Made by a program: the position numbers and the translations under genes. DNA of 62,382 nucleotides, counting the filler, from Sphacelaria rigidula (lineage: Eukaryota): assembly GCA_964200075.2 (NCBI GenBank). It is 6 parts of 6 records of this genome, joined end to end, with 100 filler letters (N's around TTAATTAATTAA, not from the genome) between each part and the next. Parts side by side here need not be neighbours in the genome. Positions count along the whole stretch, not along the records: positions 20,831 to 31,144 come from CAXNAA020006739.1; positions 31,245 to 41,558 come from CAXNAA020006740.1; 4 more parts are not named here. One strand, 5' to 3'. The stretch's first letter is position 1; each line of letters opens with the position of its first letter. Below, one piece after another: positions 23,624 to 35,780 of this stretch. A model generated the notes under the pieces. It ran no database searches. It was not told the DNA's origin and was given only the letters and a program-made list of their open reading frames with translations.

Positions 23624-26600
23624 AAATTGCTTCGGGGCATGCTGCACAAAGACCCTGACAGGCGGCTGTCGGTAGAGAAAGTATTCTCTAACCCGTGGGT
23701 CACCCACGCCAGCTTCAGGGGCACCAGCGGCGCCGGCGTTGGTCTGCTGCGACGTTCTCCGTCGGAGTCCCGCGCGTTCAAGTCGTCTCCACGGGCGCAG
23801 CGGCAGCAGCAACACGTACCCGAGGTACCGGCGCACAGCGTAAGCCACGACTCTCTCCTGTCGGAGACACCAGCGATGCTGGCGGCGGCGGCGAAGCAAG
23901 CGATAGAAAACGCGAGAGAAGCGGCCACGATAGCGGAGCGCGCGGCGATCGAGGCGCGAGAGGCAGAGGTATCCGCCGCGCAGGCCCTCGCCGCCGCCGC
24001 TGACGCTCTCGGCTCCCCGTTCGCGCCGGAAATCAACCCCATGTGGTTGTCGTCCAACCTTGGGCAACACGACAGCTCCGGCGCTGGCGGTATTTCCGCG
24101 AGGAACGGCTTGTCGGCTTCTTCATCAATGGTGGCCGTGGCGGCGGCTGCTACCGCCGACGCTGTCACCCATCAATCCTCCAGAGGTATACACAAATGGA
24201 GGGAATATAATTCCGTCGGTGGTGTTGAAGTGACGGGGGGCGAGAGCGGCGGCGAGAACGACGTGCCGCCTGGTACTGCGAGCAGCTGGGCGGCGTGGGG
24301 AAAGCACAAGCTGCCGAGTTTCTTCGGGCAGCAGGCGTCCGGCACCACGTTGCCTGGGGCTAACTCTGGCGCGAATGACACGGGGGGGCGACAGGAAATT
24401 CTTGCGGCGGACAGCGATGCGTTGATCGGGGAGAACACGCACCCCAGAAGGTTTTTGCTGGCGTGTTCGTCGTCCAAAGTCGATAGAACACGGGACAATG
24501 AGAAAGTTGATGCGCTGAACGCTCGCTCTGTCTCGTTAACGGCTGAGAACCAACCGGCGATGCAGGGCAGAGTTAGTCGTCGGCAGCGGCGCTTTCTCGG
24601 TGAGGACGGTGGCCATACTGATCGTCGGCGTACTGGGCGCGTAAAGACCATCAGGCGCAGTCTTTCTTCACCCGTAGATGGTGAAAGCGGTGGGTTCGAG
24701 GCACCGCCGACGATAGCAAATGAGACTGAAGTAACGGAGAGCTCGTTCAGCAAGGTCACGGGAGGTGAGGCCAGCAATCTCGAAGGGAGGTTTGGATCGG
24801 CAGCGCTCGGTTCGAACGCCGACGGGGCGGTTGAGGACTGGGCGTCGTCGGCAGCGAAGACCAGAGATATTTTGCGTTCGCTTTCCCACGATAGTGGTAT
24901 GGCTGTGCCGGCATTGCTCGACCGCCTCGGCACCGGAGCCGGTGGCCGAGGGGACAAGGAATCCACTGGTAACGGGAGCAGACGTAGGGTGCATCTTGGC
25001 TTGCTACAGCGGCGAACTTCCAATGAAGCTGCTAGGGTCGGCTCCGGCGGCTCGTCATCTCCCGCCCTAGAGATAGCTCCATGCAAGATGATGACTGGCG
25101 GCGACAGATGTCTGGCGTCGCCCACTTCTCCTTTGGTGGTCTCGTCGATAACCTCGCGGCCTCACCACTCAAAAGTCTACGAAACCCCGCCTACGGCGAA
25201 GGCGGCGCTTGCCATTGAAGTGTTTGAGACAACGACCACGGGCATCAATACGGCGGGGCAGGAAAATAACATGGAGCAGGAGGAAGATGAGGATGTCCGT
25301 GAACGGAGAAGGTTGCGGGAACAGGTGTTCCCTGCGTCGCCGCGCGCCGGCTCTGCCTACTCCGCTGCCGATTCGCGACGACCGTTGGAACAGGCAGGAT
25401 CACCTTCGCAGTTGACCTCTGAGATCCAGTGGCATGAGGATCCAGAGTATGGCGTGCGCCCGACGTCACCAGCAGGGTTAGCTGCTGCTGCTGCGCAGGG
25501 CTCACTGGCGGCGCGGGTGGCAGCCCCAACCGTGGACTCGGAAATCTCCTTCAGCGAGATTGACGACATTGCTCAGAGCCGAGACACACCGAATGGGTCG
25601 GAGTGGGTGAACACGCTGACACCGACGTCCGCCCTCGATCCAAACGCGCCGCCGCATGCAGGAGACCCTCAATATTTCACCGACCTGGCGAATATATCTC
25701 GCCCCCTGCGAGAACTAGGAGCGGAAGAAAATATATGGGGAGGGGAGGAAGGGCAACCAGAAGAAGATCAGGAGCACCAGCAGCAGCGGTCGCAACAATC
25801 GGACAATTCGCCAAACCTTGGGTCATCCGCTGCCACAGAGGAGACAGGAGCGGTGCCGGAAGGACGACAAGTGCAGGAGGTGCCAGCTGAGTCGACGAAA
25901 TTGGACATGTCTATGGATTTGGTTGTGTCGGGCGAAGGGACCACCGTTGGTGAAGCGCCGAAGTCGACGGCGAAGCGGGCTCAGGCTACTGCAGCGACGG
26001 ACGATGCCGCCGTCACAGGTGCGTACCCCGAAAAGACGATTACGACAAGGGCGATGAAATGGCGCGGCAAAGGCAGTGGCCGGGACAAACAACACGATAG
26101 CGCAAGAGGCAAAGCCGACGGCGGTGACATTGGCGAACAAGAAACTTCGAGGTCCGCTAGACACACTCAGAAAGGATCTCCGCGTTCTGAGGCATGGAGA
26201 CTGAAAAACGGTTTCAAGTGGCTATCGAGCAATCCAGTTCTCGGGTCATCGGCACAGAGAAAAGATAGCGCTGGGAGCGAGGGGCATCAACACAAAAACA
26301 CCGCCAAGAACAACGGCAGCATCAGCACCAGCAGCAGCAGCAGCACGCTCATGCGCCCATTGTCCGGAATTTTTGCCTCCACTTCTTCGAACGGCGTAGC
26401 GCTCAAAACACCTTCTGCGTTCCGGACTGGCCGCGCAAGTTTCGAAGAGAGATGCAAGTCGGGTTCGTTCCTTTCGCCATCGACAGGGTCGCCTGCGCCG
26501 CTGGTGGCTCTCTCGGCGCTGGGGCAACAACCTCCGGGGACACGCACGAACGGTCAGACACCGGCCGCCTCCGCCATCGGAACGCCTTCGAATCCGGGCG

Positions 26601-26920
26601 ATGCTCGGCGGAAGTCTGGTAGTTACATATCCCCGTCTTCGTCCTTGTGGATGGTGGCGAGCGGTCATGCGCCGGCGGCCGCCGCTACTGCCATGGCTTC
26701 ACAGCCGCGATCGGAGGAAAAGCAGCCGTCGAGGGCGGTCGGCGGCGAAGCGGCGGTCGGCGGCGAAGCGACGGTGGGGGCAGCTGATGTGACGTCGGGC
26801 GAAGCGACCAAACAGTCCGGTGCCGCGAAGAAGACCCGCAAGAAGAGGGGGTTCGGAAGAACGATGTCCATGGTATTGCTCGGGGCTCGGGGGGGCAACA
26901 AGGATCGGTCGTCAGCGTGA
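23624..26920 (+). CDS. Ser/Thr kinase terminal exon: subdomain XI plus ~1070-aa low-complexity tail
   Basis: CAG|KLLRGMLHKDPDRRLSVEKVFSNPWV in phase 0, open for 3297 bp to TGA; GC-rich coding-like composition. Confidence 0.88.
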   Translation, partial: KLLRGMLHKDPDRRLSVEKVFSNPWVTHASFRGTSGAGVGLLRRSPSESRAFKSSPRAQRQQQHVPEVPAHSVSHDSLLSETPAMLAAAAKQAIENAREAATIAERAAIEAREAEVSAAQALAAAADALGSPFAPEINPMWLSSNLGQHDSSGAGGISARNGLSASSSMVAVAAAATADAVTHQSSRGIHKWREYNSVGGVEVTGGESGGENDVPPGTASSWAAWGKHKLPSFFGQQASGTTLPGANSGANDTGGRQEILAADSDALIGENTHPRRFLLACSSSKVDRTRDNEKVDALNARSVSLTAENQPAMQGRVSRRQRRFLGEDGGHTDRRRTGRVKTIRRSLSSPVDGESGGFEAPPTIANETEVTESSFSKVTGGEASNLEGRFGSAALGSNADGAVEDWASSAAKTRDILRSLSHDSGMAVPALLDRLGTGAGGRGDKESTGNGSRRRVHLGLLQRRTSNEAARVGSGGSSSPALEIAPCKMMTGGDRCLASPTSPLVVSSITSRPHHSKVYETPPTAKAALAIEVFETTTTGINTAGQENNMEQEEDEDVRERRRLREQVFPASPRAGSAYSAADSRRPLEQAGSPSQLTSEIQWHEDPEYGVRPTSPAGLAAAAAQGSLAARVAAPTVDSEISFSEIDDIAQSRDTPNGSEWVNTLTPTSALDPNAPPHAGDPQYFTDLANISRPLRELGAEENIWGGEEGQPEEDQEHQQQRSQQSDNSPNLGSSAATEETGAVPEGRQVQEVPAESTKLDMSMDLVVSGEGTTVGEAPKSTAKRAQATAATDDAAVTGAYPEKTITTRAMKWRGKGSGRDKQHDSARGKADGGDIGEQETSRSARHTQKGSPRSEAWRLKNGFKWLSSNPVLGSSAQRKDSAGSEGHQHKNTAKNNGSISTSSSSSTLMRPLSGIFASTSSNGVALKTPSAFRTGRASFEERCKSGSFLSPSTGSPAPLVALSALGQQPPGTRTNGQTPAASAIGTPSNPGDARRKSGSYISPSSSLWMVASGHAPAAAATAMASQPRSEEKQPSRAVGGEAAVGGEATVGAADVTSGEATKQSGAAKKTRKKRGFGRTMSMVLLGARGGNKDRSSA

Positions 26921-29613
26921 CTTGTATACACCCATCCATCCGTGAAAACTCATCACTGTGTGTGTACTCACCGATCACTTTGTCCTCATTTTTCCGTCTC
27001 CTAGGGTTTGCTGTGGAACGTTCGTTCTTCCCGTCCTTGTCTTTCGAAGCCTGAACCGTGGTTTGCCGAGTTCGTCCCGAAGGACCGTCGCTCCAGTACA
27101 TAATTGCACACACTCATCATGGTACTCTCATCATCAAATTAGTACGGTAATATTTTTTAATTGACATGTTGTGGTGTGTGTGTTTGACTAGACCGCGAGG
27201 GATTCTGAAGACGTTTGATTTCTTTTGATGTTCGCGAGAGGTGAAGGATTGCTGCGTGTAGGCGGCAGGATGATTCGCTCGGAGTTCTCTCGGGGGAGGT
27301 AACAGCTGTACACGAAAGGCGGAGGAAGGGATGATGATGGGGGGGGGGGGTGTACTCATGATCATGCATGCCATAGTCATGAGGCCATTGAGATGGGGGG
27401 GGGGGATGACGGAGATGGAGCGCTTGATCGATGTGCGCCGTCATGTTGTAGCGTTGTGGCAGATATGCGTCAAGAGATAGCGCGGCTGAGAAGCGGTTGG
27501 AAAGTGCTGACTTTTATCCGTTGAATGCTTTGTTTGAAAGGAATGAGCTGGTCTCAGGCGGTGAAAGGGAAAAGAGATTATACAGTACTTTATTACCATG
27601 TATTTATACCGCCTGTTAGCTGACGCTCTTGTGGTGCACCGTGGTTGGGAGCAGAGATGGTGGCTACAAATAGCACGTGCTGCTAAGGGTACCCTCAATT
27701 TTGTTGTTTTTATCCTTAAGAACGCCCCTAATTTAAGGTTGCGCCAGAGAGGATGGCAAAGACCGGCAAAAAGCGGGTATCAGAGCTGGGCGGCGTTGCA
27801 GTAATTTGAATGACAGTCAGAGGCTGCGCTTCGGGGTGTCTTATCTTCTTTTCGTTTCAGAAGTGTTGAGAGTTTTGTTCAAAACTAGGACTGTTTGGCG
27901 CGCATTGGGGATGTATGATTGGCTCACTTACCGGCTCTTATTGCCGTCTGCTCGTTTGTTTGTTTTTCACTTGGGACGAGTTTCATCTCTAGTTGAACGG
28001 TCAGAATTCTGGCTGTTGCTCTCATTTCCGAACGGCGGGTGAGAAAGTCCTTGCGCAGCCGACCCTCTCGGGACCAAGAGGGTGCATTTGGATAGTGTAT
28101 AGTGTGTTTGTTCCCGTTGGAACGGTGTTGTGCGTTCGTGTGTGATGTACGAAACAAGCGACATTTGCGTGTTTTTGTTCGCATTTTTTGTTTTCGTCAG
28201 GGGAGGATTGGGGTTTGTGTTTGTTTTCCCCCAGGAGTCAGGAAAGTTCTCCTTTCCCTTCGTCCACCCCCCTCGCCCACACCCACCCCGTTGGGCTCAT
28301 TGCGAAACGGCGTTGCCGCTTTTTGTCGCCATGATTATAATTAGTGTTGCACTGGTCCGCTCATTTCCCCCATTCATCGACGCTAGAAAGAGCACACACT
28401 TTATCCCCCTTGACCGCAACGGTATAGGTCATCTGGGTCTCACATCTATTTTTCATGTGAAATATATGTTCATTCAACAAATGAGCTACCCTGGCGGTCA
28501 GAGGGTTAAGGTTGTCGCGGGGTACAACACGTCTCAGAACATACTGGGGTTGGGTGGATGAGCGATTGGGTGGGGGAGGAGGGTCTTGGGTTTTGCTGAT
28601 ACACGTAAGATTTGGGTTCGCTGTTTTGTACTCGCTCCCTCAACACACCCTAGCAGGGTGTGGTGCCGAGGATAGTGGCAAAGAAGGCTGCCATGTATTG
28701 GGAAATAGGAGTATGAAGATTGGAGTGCACCCTCGACGAGTCGACATGCTTGGCGCAGTACAGTACGGGATGGGTGAGGTGGTGTGAATCAATGCAGTAC
28801 AGAGCAGTCGCATTCGTTTGGATTTTCCCACGAACGTGTGGGTGTAGAGGTGTAGTTTACATCTAGTAGAATGACGGTTTGTATTGTTTTTTTTTTCTTT
28901 TTTGGCGGCGGTGGGGAGGATGGGATGTACTCATTTTTTTTGCATGCTGTAGTCATTAGACTGTTGACCTCGCATCCCTACAAAGCCAGCGCGGAGCACG
29001 CCGGGTTTTCGCCGGACCGGGCTCACTATCACCATGTGGGCGGGGGGAGGGGGGAGGACGAAAATAAAGAAGGTTTTGTAGCTATTCTCGACAAGCTTCG
29101 ATGAGTATTCCGGTATGATCATACGTCGAACAAGTACTCTTCGATTGTTGGCTGACTCGGCAATAAACGGGTGTATTCGTGGGGAGGAGAGGAGCGGTTG
29201 CTCGACAAGCGGGGTGTACAATTTTTAATGCGGGGCAGCCTGATTTTAGCGTATTTGGCCAACAGTCAGTGGTGTCTATTATCGTTTTATTCGATAACTA
29301 TTATTCGAATTGTTCTGTTGTATCTTAATACTTTGGTCAAGTTATCGCCCGCAAAAAAAAGGCCCTGCCCTGGAATTCAGGCGAAGTTCGAACGTTATGA
29401 TGGGTTTTGGCAGACGTTGTAGTAGGCTGAAGCAGCGGTACGCATTCGTTGCTACACAAAACTGTATGTTGTCCTCTGGACCTTGTGTTGATGCCTTTTG
29501 AGGTGTAGCAACGGCTGGGAATGACTCGAGCAAAAAACGACATGATGCATCGAACACGGGACGGCGGCGGAATGTGCCAAGTGCCCGGGAAAAAGCGATG
29601 TGGAGCAATGGAA

Positions 29614-29850
29614 CGGTAGGGGTGCACTTTTTGCCCGAAATCTTGTTTCTGGTTCAGGGGCTCCTAACGGTTTTAGATTGCACAAAAATATGGGTCAGGG
29701 CATACCCGTTTGCAAATCCATTCGGGATGTCTCTAGCAAATTGAAGTAGTAGTCCTGGCGTTCTCTCACATGTTTCGCACGTGGTGTCTTGGATTAGATA
29801 CAGGGATCCTAACAATTCTAAGCCCAGAAAATATTTGTACACCCCTACCG
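29614..29850 (-). mobile_element. MITE with CGGTAGGGGTGCAC TIRs (TA-flanked, Tc1/mariner-like); copies at 30846-31074, 47972-48169, partial ~40905-40995
   Basis: Terminal inverted motif and collinear internal sequence in three copies; the 47972-48169 copy has TA on both sides. Confidence 0.8.
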
Positions 29851-30600
29851 TAGCATCGCTCTGTAGGTCTCTCTTGCTGTACACATGTGCACACTACACT
29901 AATGTGGAACCGGAGACCCATCGAAGAGCCGATCGACTCGATACATATCCCACTTCTTACAGGACTGAAAAAAAACGCACCACGAAAGGCCTGGTCGTGG
30001 AATCTCTAGACTACGAGTACCCGCCTTGGGTCTCGAAGCGAAGACACCCCACGCAACCTATAGATGACAAGGTTGACTCAACTGTACATGTCTGAGAAAC
30101 AGGACAGACTTCCTTCGCCTACTCGTATAGGATACGATATGGCGCTCTACCAGATAGAGACCATGGTAAATGCTTGTGTTGCAACACACCCCATTTTTTC
30201 ACTTGGGCACTAATTTTGCGGAGAAACGGAGGGTGGTTACTCTAAATCCGAGGTATCAAGCTGGCAGACGTGGGCGTATGTTGGAAACTGAAGCTGCTTG
30301 ACGTGTCGAAAGTTGGTTGACGGGACTCGGAGCGATGATATACGCGCTGTTTTCAAGAAATTGGGGCTCGAGGTCACTGCGAGTCAGAATCATCGAAGCT
30401 CTTTCGGGGAAGAGCTGACATCAGTCAGGTGGCTGAAATTTGGCGTTGCTTGAAGAGCACTTCGTGCCCTTTGGGAGGGTGGGAGGAGACATCAGATTAC
30501 AACACGGGATTTTACAAAATAGGGGGTGATTATTGTTTGGGGATGATAACTCGGAGAATTAATATCTTCGTATCCACACCAAATCTTCGAAACATGGTTG

Positions 30601-30831
30601 CATTTCTTCATTTGCTGGTAGCTGTCGACAACTACTATACGCCATACGAATTCGGATTTCGATAATCGAAATGTCGTGGTCCAAGGTGGAGAACCAATTT
30701 CGGGGGATTTAGGTGATCCGATCGGATGCCAAAACTGTTTTTTCACCTAGGACCCCGACATTTCGGGTATCGAAATCCAAATATGTATCGCGTGTAGTAG
30801 TTATCAATAGCTACCAGCAAGTAAAGAAATG
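30601..30831. repeat. Imperfect inverted repeat (~90-bp arms)
   Basis: CATTTCTT..TTGCTGGTAGCT...ACTACTA...GGATTTCGATA vs TATCGAAATCC...TAGTAGT...AGCTACCAGCAA...AAGAAATG. Confidence 0.75.
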
Positions 30832-31420
30832 GAAGAGAGATGCTACGGTAGGGGTACACAAATATTTTCTCAGGTTAAAATTGCTGGGAGCCCTTCATCT
30901 CATCCGAAACACGACTTAAAAAGATATGCGAGAGTACGACAGGATTACTAATCCAATGTGCTGAGGATATCCCGAACAAATCTGCAAACGGGGATGCCCC
31001 GATCCATATTCTTGTGCGTCTAAAGAATTGTTAGGAGCCAATGAACCAGAAAAAATTTCGCGAAAAAAGTGCACGGTTAGGACAAATAATGATTCGTCAG
31101 GAAATTACTTGGTTTTAGTACAATAAGTTGACTCGTGATGAATGNNNNNNNNNNNNNNNNNNNNNNNNNNNNNNNNNNNNNNNNNNNNTTAATTAATTAA
31201 NNNNNNNNNNNNNNNNNNNNNNNNNNNNNNNNNNNNNNNNNNNNGGGCACGGGAAGAAAAGTGAGTGGCATCTGTTATATTTTACACAGATGCCACTCAC
31301 TTTTCTTCCCGTGCCCTCGACGAGTTCGTGGGCTATCGCTTGTCGCAGGCTGGACGGCCAGCCCACCTGGCTTACCCTTTTCTTCATGAAGCGCTGACAG
31401 ACCGTGGGCGGGTCGAACAG

Positions 31421-31918
31421 TATTGTCTCTCCCTTGTCCAAAAAATAAGATTCAATCCCAACCAACCATCCAACCATCCATCCTCATACAATGTTTGGAT
31501 AATTAACTAATTCAAGTATATTTTTATCACGAAGTATATAATATATTAGTATGAATATATTGAAATTAATTAAATAAATTAAAGATTGTCTGAGGATGGA
31601 TGGTTGGATGGTTGATTTCTTTTTTTGAGGAAGGGAAAGAAAATATATTTTTTGGACAAGGGAAGGGCAAGATTCAGGAATAATATTATATATTAGTTAA
31701 TCAATCAATCGATTACAGAATATTTGAAGCATAATGGATGGTTGAAAGGTTGGTTGGGATTGAATATTATTTTTTGGACAAGGGAGAGACAATGGGTCAG
31801 GTTGGTTTAATAAATAAATAATTTACATAATTAATTATAAATTAACTAAAGGTTGATTGAGGATGGATGGTTGGATGGTTGGGATGAATTTTATTTTTTG
31901 GACAAGGGAAGGACAATA
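31421..31918. mobile_element. AT-rich foldback/MITE with one left arm and several tandem right-arm copies
   Basis: TATTGTC..CCCTTGTCCAAAAAATAA...CCAACCATCC at left; its reverse complement recurs near 31650, 31770 and 31895. Confidence 0.75.
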
Positions 31919-32679
31919 GAACCCAGAGAACCCCTGACATATTTTGACCCTGCAGCCTTCATTTGCGCACAGAGTCAATATGCGTGCTGTCTGTCTTCGC
32001 TGGATAGAGCGGCAAGAAACAGTTAGCGTGTCATCGCTTTCTACTGAACACAATCTACCGCATGCTGCTGATGTCTCTGCTTAGCGTTCCACGGCAACAC
32101 TACGGATAGTGAGCTATGCTGGCAATACATGAGGGGTCAGGCAGGCGGCATAGACCACGAGCAGAGTGAAAAACACGTTATTCGGGTCCATTTCATGGTT
32201 GAACTGTTGTCGCGATCAAGATGAGAAAGACGCCTACAGACAGCCAAGTATGCCATCTATAGTCCACCTGCACGGGAACAAAGTGACCAGTTTGACGGCC
32301 CTGATTGGTTAGAATGGCCACTCCGCTCCTCTCGGGCCTCGTTCCTGGCTTATAATTTTTCGCGGAAAACTTCTCAGCACATTGTTGACTTGGCGAGCTT
32401 GTCGTTTATTCTGCAAACAACCCCCCAAACCCCTGTCAAAAACCACGCCCCCGCCCCTTGGAAACCCCCGCATGTCCCTAGACCGTCAATCTGTGAAACT
32501 GTTTGGAGGCTGTCTAAGGGCTTAGGACCTTCGTTCGACGGATGTATTGCGGCAAAAGCACCAAATAAAGCAGCGTTCAATTGCATGAAGCGATTGTATA
32601 AGCACCGTAGCAGGAAGACAGAGAGGGGGCGAGATTGTGGTGGCGGGTGGCGCGTTTATGGATGGTACTTCGTAATTTC

Positions 32680-34732
32680 CGAGGTTGTGTTTTGTAAGGT
32701 GCGGGTACGTTCTGTAGGGTATGATATTCCTTACAGAACTTACAGAAATATCGGGTACCGATATGAAAGTCTAACAGAGCTCACAGGACTGTCGGGTACC
32801 GGTGTGAGAGTCTCGCAGAAATTACAGGACTTGTCGGGTACGGTATGGGAGACTTACAGGAAACCAGTACCGGCAATCGGGTGACTCCTTTAGGGCACAC
32901 CCGCCTCTCGGGTTAGGGTAAAGTTTTTGTACAGAACTCACAGAACTGTCGGGTAAGGGAATGGGAGGCTTGCAGAACTCACAGAAATTGTCGGGTAGGG
33001 TATGGAGGTTGCACATAAAACCGTACCGGCAATCGGATATCTTATCAAGAGCATACCCGAGCCCCCCGGTAACGGTACGGGAGGCTTACAGAACTCACAG
33101 AACTATCGGGTACGGGTATGAAGGTCTCACATAGGATACAGAAATGTCGGGTACCCGTATGGAGATCTTACAGAGTTTACACAACTGTCGGGTACGGTAA
33201 ACACCCGGCGAAATACCCCGGGTGTGACACTTTCTACGATAGCCCCCCCCCTAAACCAGCCCAAAAGTGTCACGAAAAAAATGGCCATACGGCGCCTAAT
33301 GTTTGGGTTCAGGCTGCATGAAGCGCCTNNNNNNNNNNGGCGAAATGGGCTCGAACGAACCCAAACCTAGCAATTCCCATCTGCTCGTTGTCCCTGGCTT
33401 TTCCCATTTCGATTTACGTCAAGATTTTGCCTCCCAAAACCATGCACTTTTGGGGGGGGGGGGTATCGTAGAAAGTGTCGTACACAAATAACCGTACCCT
33501 GCAGAACACACATCCTTGGTATTATCATCACCCCTGTGGTGGGACCTACGTCACTGTAATAGTGGCGAAATACAGACGACAGTTCACGAAAACTCTGAAC
33601 GGCTTCAAGGGGTTGATAGAGAGAGACTGCACGAACAATCGCAGCAGAACATGTGCACGGCATCGTCATCATCTATCGGCTTCACGTACTCTCCCAGAGT
33701 ATATGAAGGAGCATCGACGGCTGCCCGCCCTTTGAAAGCCCTTCGGCACGCGACAAGATCGTCGACGGTCTTGACTTTCGGTGGCAGCTCATACTCTGTG
33801 CTGTACATGTCGATAGCGCCCGGGGTTTGATGACCACGACACAACCACGATCAATGTCGATGACGTGCGCCTTGCAACTTGATCCCCTGGTGGCGCAGAT
33901 GAGCCGTCCCCGCTCGAGCCACCACTCGAGTCTGGGGATGATCCATTCTGACGGTCTACAGTGCTGCTCATGTTGCGTGTTTCCACTCAGCGGTACCTCG
34001 TATCCCGTCAGTCCACACGAAAGAACTTTTCAACATTGAATTATTGTTGGTGTGCAGTTTTGAATAAAGGAGTTAGGTGGGTTGATCGATGAGAGGTGGA
34101 TGTTCAGGTCATGAGGTGGTTGCGTTCGGATTGAACCTATATCCGTATACCTCCTCAAGGTATATACCTATTGTGCTCATAATTGCAATCGGGTATATCT
34201 AAAACGGTGTACCCTAACCCCGGGTAGGGGTATGGGAGGCTTACAGAGCTCAGAACTGTCAGGTACCGGTACTGGATGAAAGTTTTACAGAAATTACAGA
34301 ACTTGTCGCGTACGGTGTGGGAGGCTTACGGAAAACCGGTACCGGCAATCGGGTATTTCTTGAAAAACATACCCGCGCTCCGGGTACGGGTAAACATTGT
34401 GTACAGAACTCACAGAAATGTCGGGTAAGGGTATGGGAGGCTTACAGATCTCACAGAAACTGTCGGGTAGGGTATGGAGGTTGCACAGAAAACCGTACCC
34501 GCAATCGGATATCTTATCAAGAGCGTACCTGTATCCCCCGGTAACGGTACGGGAGTGTTACAGAGATTACAGAACTATCGGGTAAGGGTATGAAAGTCTT
34601 ACATATATTACAGAACTGTCGGGCACCGGTATGGAAACCTTACAGAGTTTACAGAGCTGTCGGGTACGGTAAACACCCGGCAAAATACCCCGGGTATGCA
34701 GAAAACCGTACCCTACCGGACACACAACCTTG
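32680..34732. mobile_element. Non-autonomous hAT-type element with perfect 8-bp TSD and ~40-bp subterminal tandem repeats
   Basis: TIR CGAGGTTGTGT / ACACAACCTTG; GTAATTTC at 32672-32679 and 34733-34740; arrays of TTACAGAACTCACAGAACTGTCGGGTA-type units at 32720-33220 and 34220-34715. Confidence 0.85.
33226..33479. mobile_element. MITE (GACACTTTCTACGATA TIR) nested in the hAT-type element
   Basis: GACACTTTCTACGATAGCCCC...GGGGTATCGTAGAAAGTGTC; flanks GTGT/GTAC versus single GTAT at the paralogous empty site near 34693. Confidence 0.85.
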
Positions 34733-35488
34733 GTAATTTCCACTCTGTTTCGGTTTATTTTTTCGGCACTTCTGCCTGGTACACGGTCCTGGTCCTCCGT
34801 CGACGTCTACCGAAGTTCATTACCTTTGTATGCGGCTGTACTACTCGTACACACAAGATATACGCTAGGGTGTGCGCGTGTGAAGTGGCAAAAATCAAGG
34901 GTCTGCTATAATATGCGGGGGAAAGTGGTTACTGAGCGGGAGCATTCGAAGAGTTTTGTTTGAAACCGTCAAATCGACGCGTTTTTCAGGAGGGAGCGGA
35001 TAACACACACACGAGAGCATATTATTGAACTTGAGACTCCTTACGTTTACCCTTTTGGGACTGAAGCTCAGTAACAAGGGGTTCACCTCGAATTAGTAAG
35101 ATAATAATAAACTCTGGGAACGACCTGCCCAATCAGGGCGAGGCGAAATGTATCTACCAAATCCGAACGACCAGTGGGGGGGGGGACTGTCGCCAGGATT
35201 TATGTCACTGCCAAGTTGGTGTGCGTACCCTGTCCCTGGCCCACAAAAAAACCTTCGAAGCAAGAGAAAGTCCAAGTGGTCGAGGCTCGGTTTCCCATTT
35301 TTTTCCCATCATTTACTCGCATTTTACGTAGGTCCGACTTCCACTTCCCCGACTTTTTTGGGGTCACCATCCTATTGTCAAACCTAGTTGATTACACTAA
35401 AACACAGTGCTCGGGGGAAATCGGGAATAAATGTACCCTACTATATTATAGGCTGGGCCAGCCTAGAAGCGGATTTGTAGTTTGCAGA

Positions 35489-35780
35489 CGAATTCGCAAT
35501 TTTTCACCTGGAGTTGGACAGTGAAATGTGGTACGGACAATCAACAGAGCATGAAGAAAAGCTGTCTGTTGGATCCCGATTTTTTTTTTCATGAGTTACG
35601 AGCATTTTCAAGATCCCGAAGATTTTTTTTCTTTTCATGAGTTAAGGGCATTAAAAAAATGCCCTGAACTCATGAAGAGAAAAAAAATCTTCGGGATCCC
35701 ACAGACAGCTTTTCTTCACGCCTTGTTGATTGTCCATACGAAGTTTCACCTTCCAACTCCAAGTAAAAAATGCGAATTCG
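35489..35780. repeat. Imperfect inverted repeat (~110-bp arms), probably within a larger non-autonomous DNA transposon
   Basis: CGAATTCGCA...GGAGTTGGA...GGACAATCAACA...GAAGAAAAGCTGTCTGT mirrored at 35700-35780. Confidence 0.75.

Noticed and set aside
441..26920. Protease + glycosyltransferase + kinase as a functional gene cluster
   Set aside because: Each lies on a separate contig joined only by length-sorted linkers.
23563..26931. Long antisense ORFs (201, 317 aa and others)
   Set aside because: Shadows of the GC-rich kinase exon; no independent motifs.
32720..34715. Regularly spaced repeats as a CRISPR array
   Set aside because: Units are degenerate and contiguous with no unique spacers, no cas genes, eukaryotic context; explained as transposon subterminal repeats.
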